From a virus: a stretch of DNA of 64,000 nt. Shown here in pieces: positions 37,891 through 47,469 of the stretch (positions within the stretch are counted from its first letter, which is position 1; every line of letters starts with the position of its first letter). The stretch lies in the IMG/VR virus record IMGVR_UViG_3300034683_000192, positions 1 to 64,000 of that record; one strand, written 5' to 3'. Under the pieces are notes generated by a model. It was not told the DNA's origin. It worked only from the letters and a program-made list of their open reading frames with translations, and ran no database searches. Made by a program: the position numbers and the translations under genes.

Positions 37891-38649
37891 TTATACCGGA
37901 TTCACAGGAACACCAGTATTGTAGTACAGTGCAACTTTCTCTGAAATCTCTCTGGTTTTCTTCTGGAGTTCGTGACGAATGATTTCACCCCGTTTTTCCA
38001 GCGTATCTTCGTGATGACTGAGGTCAACTTCATTGAGTGTGTACTCTTTCCCAGGACCAGCACATTTCACTACAAAGTGGTGAAAAAGTTCAGGATGCTG
38101 AAGCGCACTCAGAGGATTGATCCAGTAATAAAGAAATGGATATTTCCTCATCTTCATGTGATCTGGACGAGTGAGCATGTGAATATCGACTGCTCCCACA
38201 TACTCGACAGGTACTGGTCCAGCATATCCTACTTCACCAGTAAGAAGCTGATCAAATACTTTTGTGAATGAACGAACTTTATCGAGTTCGTATGCTACAA
38301 CTTTCGATGGATCGAGACTTGACACTTTCGCACGATAAACGTGGAACCGAAAAGTACGAGGTTCGATCCTTGCGTTGTTGAGATGGATCATACTGTCATC
38401 ACCGGAGTAAGAGAAGTTTCTGATCCATCCAGGGAGAAACATCGCTTGAACACAGCAGTGAACACCATCACCAAAACACACACGATTGTTTTCTTTCTTT
38501 CCACCACGTTCAGAATTCTGATTGGTACGTGGTTTAAGAACATCTATTCCTTTTGTAGGAGACAGATGGTAAATATATTCGACAGTATCTACCGCTGTTT
38601 TTACTGTACCATCTTTTTCGAGAGTGAATCTCTCAAGAGCTTTGAACAT
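37891..38649 (-). CDS. Putative ADP-ribosyltransferase-fold protein
   Basis: YHLS...LKPR...E..RVCF...C..A and D..LTGEV pattern matching ART strands 1, 2 and 5. Assignment is by motif recall. Confidence 0.45.
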   Translation of the reverse strand: MFKALERFTLEKDGTVKTAVDTVEYIYHLSPTKGIDVLKPRTNQNSERGGKKENNRVCFGDGVHCCVQAMFLPGWIRNFSYSGDDSMIHLNNARIEPRTFRFHVYRAKVSSLDPSKVVAYELDKVRSFTKVFDQLLTGEVGYAGPVPVEYVGAVDIHMLTRPDHMKMRKYPFLYYWINPLSALQHPELFHHFVVKCAGPGKEYTLNEVDLSHHEDTLEKRGEIIRHELQKKTREISEKVALYYNTGVPVNPV

Positions 38650-38658
38650 TGTCCACCC

Positions 38659-39153
38659 CTAAAGTTTCTTTGCCATAGTAGAACTGACAGTAACGAATCT
38701 GGCTTTTTTGTATAGCATTTTCGCTGCAATGTTCTTTTCGAGTACTCCCAATAAAAGATAGTCAAATCTCTCTTTTTTGGCATATCTCTCGATTTCCGAA
38801 AGAAAGAGTTTTCCGTATCCTTTCTTTCGATGAATTTTTCTGATGAAAAATTCACTTAGCCACACAACAGATTCGGTATAGGTTTTAACAGGAAAACACA
38901 CGGCATAACCGACTGGTTCTTCGTCGGCCATTGCCAAAAAGAATGTTTTGATTTTGCGGGTGTTATCTAGATAGTTCTTTATTGCTTCAGGTGTCCAATT
39001 GTTGAGTTCAGATTCTTCTTTAGGTCCAGGATTGTTGAGACGAGTAACGGCTTCGCCGAATTCGATACTCCACTGTAGATAGTTTCTATAGAGGATGTTC
39101 CAGTACTTGGTATGCTTATGATCTTCAAGTTTGATGACTGTGAGTGTTGACAT
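38659..39153 (-). CDS. GNAT-family N-acetyltransferase
   Basis: WLSEFFIRKIHRKKGYGKLFL (acetyl-CoA motif A) and NIAAKMLYKKARF. Confidence 0.85.
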   Translation of the reverse strand: MSTLTVIKLEDHKHTKYWNILYRNYLQWSIEFGEAVTRLNNPGPKEESELNNWTPEAIKNYLDNTRKIKTFFLAMADEEPVGYAVCFPVKTYTESVVWLSEFFIRKIHRKKGYGKLFLSEIERYAKKERFDYLLLGVLEKNIAAKMLYKKARFVTVSSTMAKKL

Positions 39154-39188
39154 GGAAGATCCTTGGTTAAATTGGTTACATTACATAA

Positions 39189-39196
39189 GTAATATA
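39189..39196 (-). promoter_or_regulatory. Early promoter motif TATATTAC upstream of GNAT
   Basis: Exact motif 35 nt upstream of the start. Confidence 0.7.
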
Positions 39197-39355
39197 TCTT
39201 TGACATAACGATCAGAACAGTACAATATACTCATTATGTAGATAAACTATACTGAAGTTAAGTAGTGATATTGGTTTGTCGTGTAGAGGTCATCACGACT
39301 ATATATTTGTACACTAATCTATAGGAGGTGGGCCGGTAAGCCCTACCTCCTTTTG

Positions 39356-40930
39356 TTACGCTATTGCGCGGTGACGCAGTTTCGCTGAGAGTGCGTAGAG
39401 ATCGTTATTGATGAGAGCTTCCACGAGTTTCTGTTGTTTCTCGTAGTCTGCTGACAATCTACCTGTGAGCAGCATAGCCAGTACCGTGGTGGGATTAGCG
39501 TACTGCACGAGATAGTCGTATATCGTCCGTCTGATTCTATCACCATACGAACCTTTTGCTTTCTCGAGTTCTTTTTCGAGCTTAGCATAGTCCGCAAGAT
39601 AATGATTCAGTACGTCAGTATTTTTGAGTTCATTCTTGAACATTACGTTGGCGTTTTGAATGAGTCTTTGGATTCTGTTGTATTGCTCTTCGTAATCTAC
39701 GGGAGCAAGAGCAAATCCTCCGAGCCACGCATAGACACCGACGCAAAATTCGAGATAGAGTGTGAACATAGTCGACTTACGAAGTCGAGTACTTTCGATC
39801 ACTCCAGTTGTAACTGAGATAATTCCGAATGCTTTTTCGAGCTTATTCAGAACAGATGAGAGATGTCCACCAGCACCATGTCTGGAAACAAACTCATCTG
39901 CCAATCTCTCCTGCATATACAGGTTATGATGCGTTTTCATCTGATCGCTGGATTTGCCAGATGAATCAGACATGAGTGTAAATTCCGTGGCTAGTCCATT
40001 TGCCAAAAATCCAATGTGGTACACAATCGCAACATTGAGTATTACCGACAGTACAATTGTCAGGATTGTTTCGATCACGTGACCAATCAGAGAAGCAACA
40101 GCACTTCCATATGAATCGAGATCGATACTCGACAAATGTTCTACTGTCTGTACCGCTTGAGTTATTACATTCACCATCTCTTTACTGATAGCGCCTTTCT
40201 TCGCCATTTCGTTAAGGTATGGTGCACCTGACTTATTGAATTCAGCCACAATCACCTTAGGATCGAGACTCTTGACAACGTCAGGGATATGTGTGGTGAG
40301 TCGTTCAGTTACGGCAAACCAATCTCCACTTCGCTCCACCATCGTTAAGAGATGTCCGATTTCGTGGAGATAGATTGCCGCTAATTCTTGTGCAGTAGGT
40401 TCTTCACAGATCTTCTCTGGAATGAACTCGTGGAGAAGAAATGCGAACATGGGATCCATGTACAATGCGCAAGAGATCGGACGATTGTTGCTCTTTCCGA
40501 AAGTACTCTTCGAAAGTTTTCCAGTTGAGATGTTGAGGAGGTTATGAAGCTCCATCATTTCCTTCAAAGATTCGTTGGGAGTCTTTGGAGGAGTTCTCTG
40601 TCCTGTCTGCATTGTCACGATAGTCTCAGCGTTACGATAATTGTCGAGAGACAGATTAATCGCAAAGAGACCAGTGATGCGACGAGTACCTGTCATTACC
40701 ACTTTGGTAACATCGATGTTCGTTTCTTTTTTGATTACTGCGACGAACTTTGGAAGAGTAGTCGTTTGTACATACTTGTACATTGCTACGATCAGTGAGT
40801 TTCTTCCAGTATCACCTTTTGCTCTGAGTCCGTCACGGTAATCTATTGCATCCTGAAATACCGTAGCCAGAGCTTTCAAAAGAGATGACTCAGATTGAAA
40901 GTGAATCGCTTCGAGTGCACGCAGGAACAT
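39356..40930 (-). CDS. Virion protein with zincin HExxH metallopeptidase motif
   Basis: IYLHEIGH and QERLADEFVSRHGAG...L.KL (M48-like third ligand); N-terminal ALE motif. Confidence 0.65.
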   Translation of the reverse strand: MFLRALEAIHFQSESSLLKALATVFQDAIDYRDGLRAKGDTGRNSLIVAMYKYVQTTTLPKFVAVIKKETNIDVTKVVMTGTRRITGLFAINLSLDNYRNAETIVTMQTGQRTPPKTPNESLKEMMELHNLLNISTGKLSKSTFGKSNNRPISCALYMDPMFAFLLHEFIPEKICEEPTAQELAAIYLHEIGHLLTMVERSGDWFAVTERLTTHIPDVVKSLDPKVIVAEFNKSGAPYLNEMAKKGAISKEMVNVITQAVQTVEHLSSIDLDSYGSAVASLIGHVIETILTIVLSVILNVAIVYHIGFLANGLATEFTLMSDSSGKSSDQMKTHHNLYMQERLADEFVSRHGAGGHLSSVLNKLEKAFGIISVTTGVIESTRLRKSTMFTLYLEFCVGVYAWLGGFALAPVDYEEQYNRIQRLIQNANVMFKNELKNTDVLNHYLADYAKLEKELEKAKGSYGDRIRRTIYDYLVQYANPTTVLAMLLTGRLSADYEKQQKLVEALINNDLYALSAKLRHRAIA

Positions 40931-40932
40931 GA

Positions 40933-41982
40933 CTATGCTCCTTTACCGGATTCGGATTTAGCGTGGCGAAGCGCTTTAACTCCAATTTCCGTGATTCTCT
41001 TTCTTCTGAAGTTGACAGTAGTGTTGATTTGACGAAGACCAGCAAATATAGCAAGAACCATTGCGATCTGGTCCTGGATATCTGTGATATTCGTGACCAC
41101 TATTTCCTTATTGATACTTCCATCACGAAGAAGTTCCTGTTCGGATCTCTTAAGATCCTTTTGGTATTCTCCGAGATTGTCGACGAGTTTCTTCAGGTCT
41201 CTGTATCTTCCCCACATGGCAGCATCATACATCCTGTTGATGTCACCAATATCATCGAGAGAATGAAACTGAAGTGCATCCAACGTAGTTTCTTCATTCT
41301 TTTGAAACGGAGAAGCATACGCCGAAGAAGTCTTTTTGATTGTGATTCCGAGTATGGAAAGATCAGTAGTTACTGCACTGGTCATCCATGGATTCTCGGA
41401 AGTCTGGTGTGTGGTCAGTTCACGGATTCTTCGCTTGATCTCCGAATGAGCTTGTGTCAACAGAAGTTTCGTGGATCTATCATACGCATCAATGATGGCA
41501 CGAAATTCCGTACGAGTACACATCTGAGAGATGAGTTGACTTCTGAAGAACGCAGTGGCTTCTTTCTTCTGATCAGATGAGCTTTTCCGGAAAAGCTCAT
41601 TGAAGTCTTCGTAACATGCCTCTGCATTATCTCGAATTCTCCGATCGATATGGAAAATCTTCACGAAGATATTCGTAATCGTCGAAACGATCTTTCCGAT
41701 GAGATTGTACACAGAAGAAAAGAGTCTCTTGATGAAACTCGTGATCATCTGCGTGACTTCGGTAGATTCTATCCCGTACCCTTCAGTCAGGATATCGTGC
41801 AATTCCTCAGTACCATGAGAAATAGCGTGTGTACCGAATCTGTAGTACTGATGGACTGTATTCATTTTTCGGAGCATGATGAGTTCGTCGTCGAGAGATC
41901 CGAGCATCTCACAGACACCATCTCCTGCATCTAGAAATGATGCACCAGGATCTTTCAGCAGCTGAACGAAAGTGCTGTTCAT
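40933..41982 (-). CDS. Inner-head (phiKZ internal protein family) paralog
   Basis: GTE and GIE motifs then an amphipathic helix FIKRLFSSVYNLIGKI; TTLDALQF motif. Confidence 0.6.
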   Translation of the reverse strand: MNSTFVQLLKDPGASFLDAGDGVCEMLGSLDDELIMLRKMNTVHQYYRFGTHAISHGTEELHDILTEGYGIESTEVTQMITSFIKRLFSSVYNLIGKIVSTITNIFVKIFHIDRRIRDNAEACYEDFNELFRKSSSDQKKEATAFFRSQLISQMCTRTEFRAIIDAYDRSTKLLLTQAHSEIKRRIRELTTHQTSENPWMTSAVTTDLSILGITIKKTSSAYASPFQKNEETTLDALQFHSLDDIGDINRMYDAAMWGRYRDLKKLVDNLGEYQKDLKRSEQELLRDGSINKEIVVTNITDIQDQIAMVLAIFAGLRQINTTVNFRRKRITEIGVKALRHAKSESGKGA

Positions 41983-41988
41983 GATCGA

Positions 41989-43128
41989 TTACACTCCGAG
42001 TTTCACGGCGGTTGTCAGAATCTTGTGGTACGCGATGATTTCGTCTACAGCTACTGCAAGTTTTGTCTGCAGTACCATATACGAACTGATGTTCGATACC
42101 ATTACGGTAAGCTGTCGAACTTGTTCGTATATGTGATCTCCTGATTGGAGATTCTCCATAAACTTGGGATTTTTGCGAAGCTGTGTGAGCTTGATTTCGC
42201 ACATCTTCTGAATCCCAGAAAGAGCATCGAGTCTGGATGCTGTGTCATTCGCCAGTTTTTCCAGAGGAATGACATACTCATTACAGATTGTCGTCAATGC
42301 CTCAGGACTGTACCCAAGATTCTCAAGTGTTGCCTTATTGGTAACACTGAGTTTGTCTTTGAAAGTACTTCCAAATACCACGCCATGCAAAGCCTTTTCA
42401 GGATCTGGATCGTGTTGATTGATATTCGGAAACTTAAGTCCAATTGCTTCTGCTGCTTCCAAGAATATCGGATCTTTGAATGCAGTAGATGCGTCAATCT
42501 TTGATGATGTGACTTGCTGTGTAGGTCTATCCAACTGAGTCAGGATAGCCTGCGCAGTAGCTTGTACAGTGTCAATATTCGTGAACTTATTGACGTTCTT
42601 GCAGAGATACATCGTGTTCTTTGCAAAAGTGTCATAGAAGGAAAAATCACATGCGGGTTCTATTTCGATCACACTGAATTTCTTTCTGAGTTCAGGAGAC
42701 TTCGAAATAGTCTGTTCCATAAGACGAATGTTTCCTTGAGTAACTTGGCTGTTCAGTTTGGTTCGATCATAGAGACGACCAAAGAACTCAGTCAATTTCT
42801 TCAGGAGTTCGGAAATGAATACAGTCACAGCAGAAAGTGTATTACTGATAACCTGGATAAATCCGCCAATGGACTCGAGTCCAAGTTCAGGATCTGGATC
42901 AGTACTGTGAACAGCAGCGATCATCGCAAGCTTCACAGGGTCTGTCGTGGGTTCCGAAAGATACTTGTATTTCTCCATCGTCTTAAGACTGATGGAAAGA
43001 TTGCAAAGTCCGGTAACGTATACTCCATGCAGATGTGCACGAGCTCTTTCGAGTACGAGTTGGGACGCTACATCTTCAGGAGGAAGATTGTCTCCACCCG
43101 GACAAATCGTGAAAGTGGATATCGGCAT
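41989..43128 (-). CDS. Inner-head protein paralog
   Basis: GLESIGG, ELLKKLTEFFGRL and ATLENLGYSPE; start refined by SD AAGGAG. Confidence 0.6.
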   Translation of the reverse strand: MPISTFTICPGGDNLPPEDVASQLVLERARAHLHGVYVTGLCNLSISLKTMEKYKYLSEPTTDPVKLAMIAAVHSTDPDPELGLESIGGFIQVISNTLSAVTVFISELLKKLTEFFGRLYDRTKLNSQVTQGNIRLMEQTISKSPELRKKFSVIEIEPACDFSFYDTFAKNTMYLCKNVNKFTNIDTVQATAQAILTQLDRPTQQVTSSKIDASTAFKDPIFLEAAEAIGLKFPNINQHDPDPEKALHGVVFGSTFKDKLSVTNKATLENLGYSPEALTTICNEYVIPLEKLANDTASRLDALSGIQKMCEIKLTQLRKNPKFMENLQSGDHIYEQVRQLTVMVSNISSYMVLQTKLAVAVDEIIAYHKILTTAVKLGV

Positions 43129-43194
43129 GATCAAACTCCTTATCAGGGGTAAAAGCATATCATTGGTAGTACATAAATTTTACACATATACCGA

Positions 43195-43221
43195 GATGAG
43201 GAGCCATTTAGGCTCCTCATC
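43195..43221. terminator. Stem-loop
   Basis: GATGAGGAGCC-attta-GGCTCCTCATC. Confidence 0.65.
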
Positions 43222-43238
43222 TTCAAATGGAATTTTCA

Positions 43239-44297
43239 TTATTTCGTGGGTTGGAGTTTCAGAGCTTCGTAAACGCACTTTACGATATCTGCGATTTTGT
43301 AGGAATAAGCGAGTATCGCAGTTGAGAGTTTGTGGAACAGTCCTACAAGCTGGGAAACTTCTTTCGGAAGATTCTCAAGAACTTCCTGGTACTGTTCTTT
43401 CTGTGCGTCATCGTCTTTGAATTTCTGTTTGAGTTTGGTGATGTCATTTGTCACTTTGTCAAGTGACCTCGTCATCTTCTCCATCTGTCCTTTGAAAGGA
43501 GCGATATGCTTTTCCATGATTCGGAGAAGATCGAGAATCTCCGTATAGTCGTATCCGAGTTCACCAATAGTAGATGACGTCTTGGTGTTGGTGAATACAG
43601 ATTCGAAGATTGGGAGATCTTCCTCAAAGGAAATTCCAATGACCTTAAGGTCATCAGTATACTTCTCTCCAAGGATAGATGCATAGTCGAGCTTCATTTC
43701 GACTTTGGTATTTCCGCCATCGAGAATTTCGCTGACTTGACGATCGAGTTTCGATACGTCGAATTTCAGCAGCTTCTGCATGGTCGAGTCGATCATGTTG
43801 AGGACATGTTCGACATCTCTTCTCGCAGGTACTGTTTCCGAAATTTTGATCTTGTCAAGATCTCCTCGATGTTTATCGAAGAGAGGACGAAGTTTTCTGA
43901 GATTACCTTCGTTGGTGGCGCGTACATTCTTGGTGAGACCAAAGGTCTTTCTGATGAAATCCCAAAGACCCATGGTGAGTCGTTTGAAGAAATTATAAAT
44001 CATCGTAAAGATGTCACTTACAATTCCTTCTACTGCTCCGAGAACTTCATCATACTTGTACTGTGGATTTTCATCCATATACAGATGAAATTCTCTGTCG
44101 TTCTTCAGAAATCTTTCGATTCCTGGGGAGACCGTCCGATCCTTCTTGAGTACCATCAGAACTTCAGCATACTGAGCTCCAATGTCGGACAAGTCTATGC
44201 CCATGGAACATGTATTTGACAGCGATACCGTACTGTCGACGACGTCTTCAATACTTGCGGTATCGAATACGCTGTCCAGAGCGATAGCTTGAACCAT
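43239..44297 (-). CDS. Inner-head protein paralog
   Basis: GIE and AVEGIV motifs, IYNFFKRLTMGLWDFIRK and STIGELGYDY. Confidence 0.65.
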   Translation of the reverse strand: MVQAIALDSVFDTASIEDVVDSTVSLSNTCSMGIDLSDIGAQYAEVLMVLKKDRTVSPGIERFLKNDREFHLYMDENPQYKYDEVLGAVEGIVSDIFTMIYNFFKRLTMGLWDFIRKTFGLTKNVRATNEGNLRKLRPLFDKHRGDLDKIKISETVPARRDVEHVLNMIDSTMQKLLKFDVSKLDRQVSEILDGGNTKVEMKLDYASILGEKYTDDLKVIGISFEEDLPIFESVFTNTKTSSTIGELGYDYTEILDLLRIMEKHIAPFKGQMEKMTRSLDKVTNDITKLKQKFKDDDAQKEQYQEVLENLPKEVSQLVGLFHKLSTAILAYSYKIADIVKCVYEALKLQPTK

Positions 44298-44340
44298 GAT
44301 CGATCCTCCAACAAAAAATAGTTAATAAGCATATAGTGAC

Positions 44341-44366
44341 CGGGGAAGGGTCGAAACCCTCCCCCG
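44341..44366 (-). terminator. UUCG-loop stem-loop
   Basis: Minus strand CGGGGGAGGGT-TTCG-ACCCTTCCCCG after the major inner-head gene. Confidence 0.65.
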
Positions 44367-44413
44367 GTTGTTCATGCTAGGCTTTTTGCGACTAGAGGTC
44401 GCAGGAACGAGTC

Positions 44414-45496
44414 CTAGGCCTTGCAGGCGCGCAGAGCGGCGCAGGCGGAGATGTACGCGCGGGGCACGAGCGAACCACGCGAAGCCACCTTGGTGGCCAC
44501 CTTGGACAGTTCGGAACCGGCCTTGCGCAGACGATCGATGGCCTTCTTGTCGTCATCGTTCTTGGCTTCGCCGGACTTTTCCAGGGCGGAAGCGCGCTTG
44601 ATGCCCATGTCGCACAGGTTCTTGAACGACTTCACCGAGCTGGGGTATTCGGCAAGACCGCCGACGATCAGCTGCGCGGTCTTGAAACCATCGCCCTTGG
44701 CGAAAGCCAGATCCCATTCGGAATCCTTCAGGGTCATGCTGTCGGTAGCCAGGGGCTTTTCCACGGTGGTGATCGAATCACCATCACGCTTCAGACCCAG
44801 GGGTTCGATCTTGTCGGAACCCAGGAGCGAAGCCACGTAGCCGTCGGTACCTTCGGCCTTGCCAGCGTCAGCACTCTTCACCGCGTCGATACCGGTAGAG
44901 ACTGCACCGGCAAACGAGATGAACTGACCCTTCTTCAGCAGGCTGAACTTCTTGTCGCTGGCCTTCTTGTCGTCGATCGAGTTCACTTCAGACAGGCTTT
45001 CCTTCGCGCGTTTGATGGCGGAAGCGAAGGAGGTGAACATGTTCCGGACCTTGGCAGCCAGAGCCACGATCTTTTCCCAGAGGCTCTTGAAGAACTTCTT
45101 CACGGCTTCCCAACCCTTGCGGATCGAGTCGCTGATGGCTTCCATGGCCATCTGGGCTTCGTTGTGGTTGCGGCCAGTGGCGTCCAGGCTTTCGACGGCG
45201 GGAATGGGGCGACCGGAGAAACGGGCCAGGGCATCACCACGGTTGATGATGGCGAGCACACCAGGCTGCAGACCGTGGTCCTTCAGCACCGTGTACATGT
45301 GTTCCAGAGCTTCGATGTCGTCGGCAGCGGAATCGGCTGCATCGGCATCGGCCACGACGGAAGCGGCTTCTTCAACGATCGAAGAAGCTTCTTCGGTACG
45401 ATCGGCGACCTGAATGTCCACGTCGATGGTGGTTTCGTCGGCGGTCGATTCGGCATCGTCCATGCGGGCGTTCAGCCCTTCAAGACCTCTCATCAT
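44414..45496 (-). CDS. Major inner-head protein (phiKZ internal-protein family, gp93-97-like)
   Basis: Acidic propeptide with GLE, AVE and AME motifs, then ISDSIRKGWEAVKKFFKSLWEKI; extreme C/G-ending codon bias. Confidence 0.75.
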   Translation of the reverse strand: MMRGLEGLNARMDDAESTADETTIDVDIQVADRTEEASSIVEEAASVVADADAADSAADDIEALEHMYTVLKDHGLQPGVLAIINRGDALARFSGRPIPAVESLDATGRNHNEAQMAMEAISDSIRKGWEAVKKFFKSLWEKIVALAAKVRNMFTSFASAIKRAKESLSEVNSIDDKKASDKKFSLLKKGQFISFAGAVSTGIDAVKSADAGKAEGTDGYVASLLGSDKIEPLGLKRDGDSITTVEKPLATDSMTLKDSEWDLAFAKGDGFKTAQLIVGGLAEYPSSVKSFKNLCDMGIKRASALEKSGEAKNDDDKKAIDRLRKAGSELSKVATKVASRGSLVPRAYISACAALRACKA

Positions 45497-45602
45497 TGTC
45501 TAAACTCCGGAGTTAGAAGTTATTGTCTGACAGACACATAATACTACCATAAACGATTTTCTCCACGATGGATACTTATCGTTCACCGATATATTGAAAG
45601 TC

Positions 45603-46472
45603 CTAGAGGTTCCAACTTGTCTGCATGAGCAGCAATGTCAGATAGCGATCAACGTCACCATCGATCTGCATAGGACGTTCAACCGATTGGGGAAGAAGCT
45701 TGAATCTGGGGTCGAATACAAAAACCCCTTCAGGTGTACGAACAGGGAATCGCTCAAGCATAGGACGCAGCTTCTTCACGTAGTCCTGCTGCATGACGAT
45801 ATCGCATTGCCTCCAGTATGGGCGATCACCCTTAGCGAAGAGGCTGTATAGTATCGTCAGAACAAAGCTTGCCTGAGTTCTTGCGATTTTGGATGTGCGA
45901 GTAAACAGATCTTCATCATCTCTGATGGGACGTGTGAACTCTCTCAAGTATGAGATGAACTTGTCGTGTAATTCCTGATAGATGAATCTGTCAGGACGAA
46001 CATCGACTTCGGGATCTTTCAACTCAATGTGTCTGAGTGACAACACCGCAGCTTCGAATTCGTGACCGATTTCGTAACCTTTGAAATTGCCGTCGAGCCC
46101 ACTGATGATGTTGCACACATCCATAGGCAAGCCGAACGATCTCTGTGACGGTACGTTAAATTCCATGAAGGCTCTCGCAAAGTCAGCAATGACCATCATT
46201 GCGTTGAATGCGATATCCTTACGGATTTCTTTTCCGTACATGGTAACGTATTTACCCCAGGATGTTCTCGGGACACTCGTCACTTCGTTGTGGTAAACTT
46301 GAGCATGTGCGTATGCATGTTCTTCTGAGATGAAGTCAGTATTGATTTCACGCAGAAGACGAAGACCATACATCACGAATGCTTGGTCGTCAGGGCTTCC
46401 TTTGATGGCAGAGATCCCCGCTTGATAGCGGATATCCATCATCGATTTTCCATTGGTGCTCAGCAATTCCAT
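45603..46472 (-). CDS. Hypothetical virion-cluster protein
   Basis: 289 aa, coupled to the upstream gene. Confidence 0.7.
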   Translation of the reverse strand: MELLSTNGKSMMDIRYQAGISAIKGSPDDQAFVMYGLRLLREINTDFISEEHAYAHAQVYHNEVTSVPRTSWGKYVTMYGKEIRKDIAFNAMMVIADFARAFMEFNVPSQRSFGLPMDVCNIISGLDGNFKGYEIGHEFEAAVLSLRHIELKDPEVDVRPDRFIYQELHDKFISYLREFTRPIRDDEDLFTRTSKIARTQASFVLTILYSLFAKGDRPYWRQCDIVMQQDYVKKLRPMLERFPVRTPEGVFVFDPRFKLLPQSVERPMQIDGDVDRYLTLLLMQTSWNL

Positions 46473-46474
46473 GG

Positions 46475-47458
46475 CTATTCCTTTTCGTACGCGGCGATCT
46501 TACGATCGACATCGGTGATAGCCTTGTCGTAAGCGTCGATAATCTTCATCAGCTTCTGGTATTCAGGGCTGTTCGGATCGACTCCACTTGCGTTCATGCG
46601 AAGAAGAGTGACGCTGGTTTCGAGCCATTCTTTGAAGTCTTTGTTCTTGATGTATCTGGAATGCATCCAGTCGTCCCAGAGAGACAGAATGCCAGTCAGG
46701 AAGTTAAACCCGATGACACCCTGTTCGAGGTAGTGTGATGCAGTACCAGTCAAAGACGATGGAGAAAAGAAGTCAAGGAAGGATCGATTGTTCGCATAAA
46801 GCAGAAGATCTTGATTCTTTTGCTTAAGCGCAGCGACATCCTTCAGGAAAGAATAGTTTCGATCCTTGTTGACTGCATTGTTCAGGATCTTCGCGTATTC
46901 GTCCATATGCTTCTTCATGAAGTCAGCGCGATATCCGATTACGGTGGAATCCTGCTTGACACAAGTCTTCAGGAAATGATCCCACACGCACTGAGTGTAC
47001 TTGATGTACAGATCAGTTTCACGCAAGATCCCAAGCAGCATCACGTTGGAGATGCTGCAATCGAACATGTTGATAGCTTCGCCAGGTACGAGCTTGTCGA
47101 TACCTTTTCGAACTTCGCTCAGGATCTTGAGAAGAGTGATGCCAGCAAGCTTCGTTGCTCCAAACATCTGATCTCGTTCAGCGACGAGTGCTCCCTTCGT
47201 CAGGAGCTTACCGATATTTGGGATGATGTACCCGACATCGTTCTTGTTCGACTTATCGAACTGATGCTGATAGTACTTATCGTAAAATCCATGCATTGCA
47301 GTCTTGTCAAACGCACTGATGGTTTTCACGATGTTGTCGACATCACTGATTTGCGAAGCGACGATCTGGTTGATCTGGTCCTTTGTCAACGCCTTCATCT
47401 TGATCTTGGACTTGAGCAGATCGAGAATCGACGTTTCGAGCGCTTTGTAGATGTTCAT
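46475..47458 (-). CDS. Virion structural protein (phiKZ gp90-like by synteny)
   Basis: 327 aa, N-terminal ALE motif, C-terminal helix DPNSPEYQKLMKIIDAY. Confidence 0.65.
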   Translation of the reverse strand: MNIYKALETSILDLLKSKIKMKALTKDQINQIVASQISDVDNIVKTISAFDKTAMHGFYDKYYQHQFDKSNKNDVGYIIPNIGKLLTKGALVAERDQMFGATKLAGITLLKILSEVRKGIDKLVPGEAINMFDCSISNVMLLGILRETDLYIKYTQCVWDHFLKTCVKQDSTVIGYRADFMKKHMDEYAKILNNAVNKDRNYSFLKDVAALKQKNQDLLLYANNRSFLDFFSPSSLTGTASHYLEQGVIGFNFLTGILSLWDDWMHSRYIKNKDFKEWLETSVTLLRMNASGVDPNSPEYQKLMKIIDAYDKAITDVDRKIAAYEKE

Positions 47459-47469
47459 TGATCTGCTCC

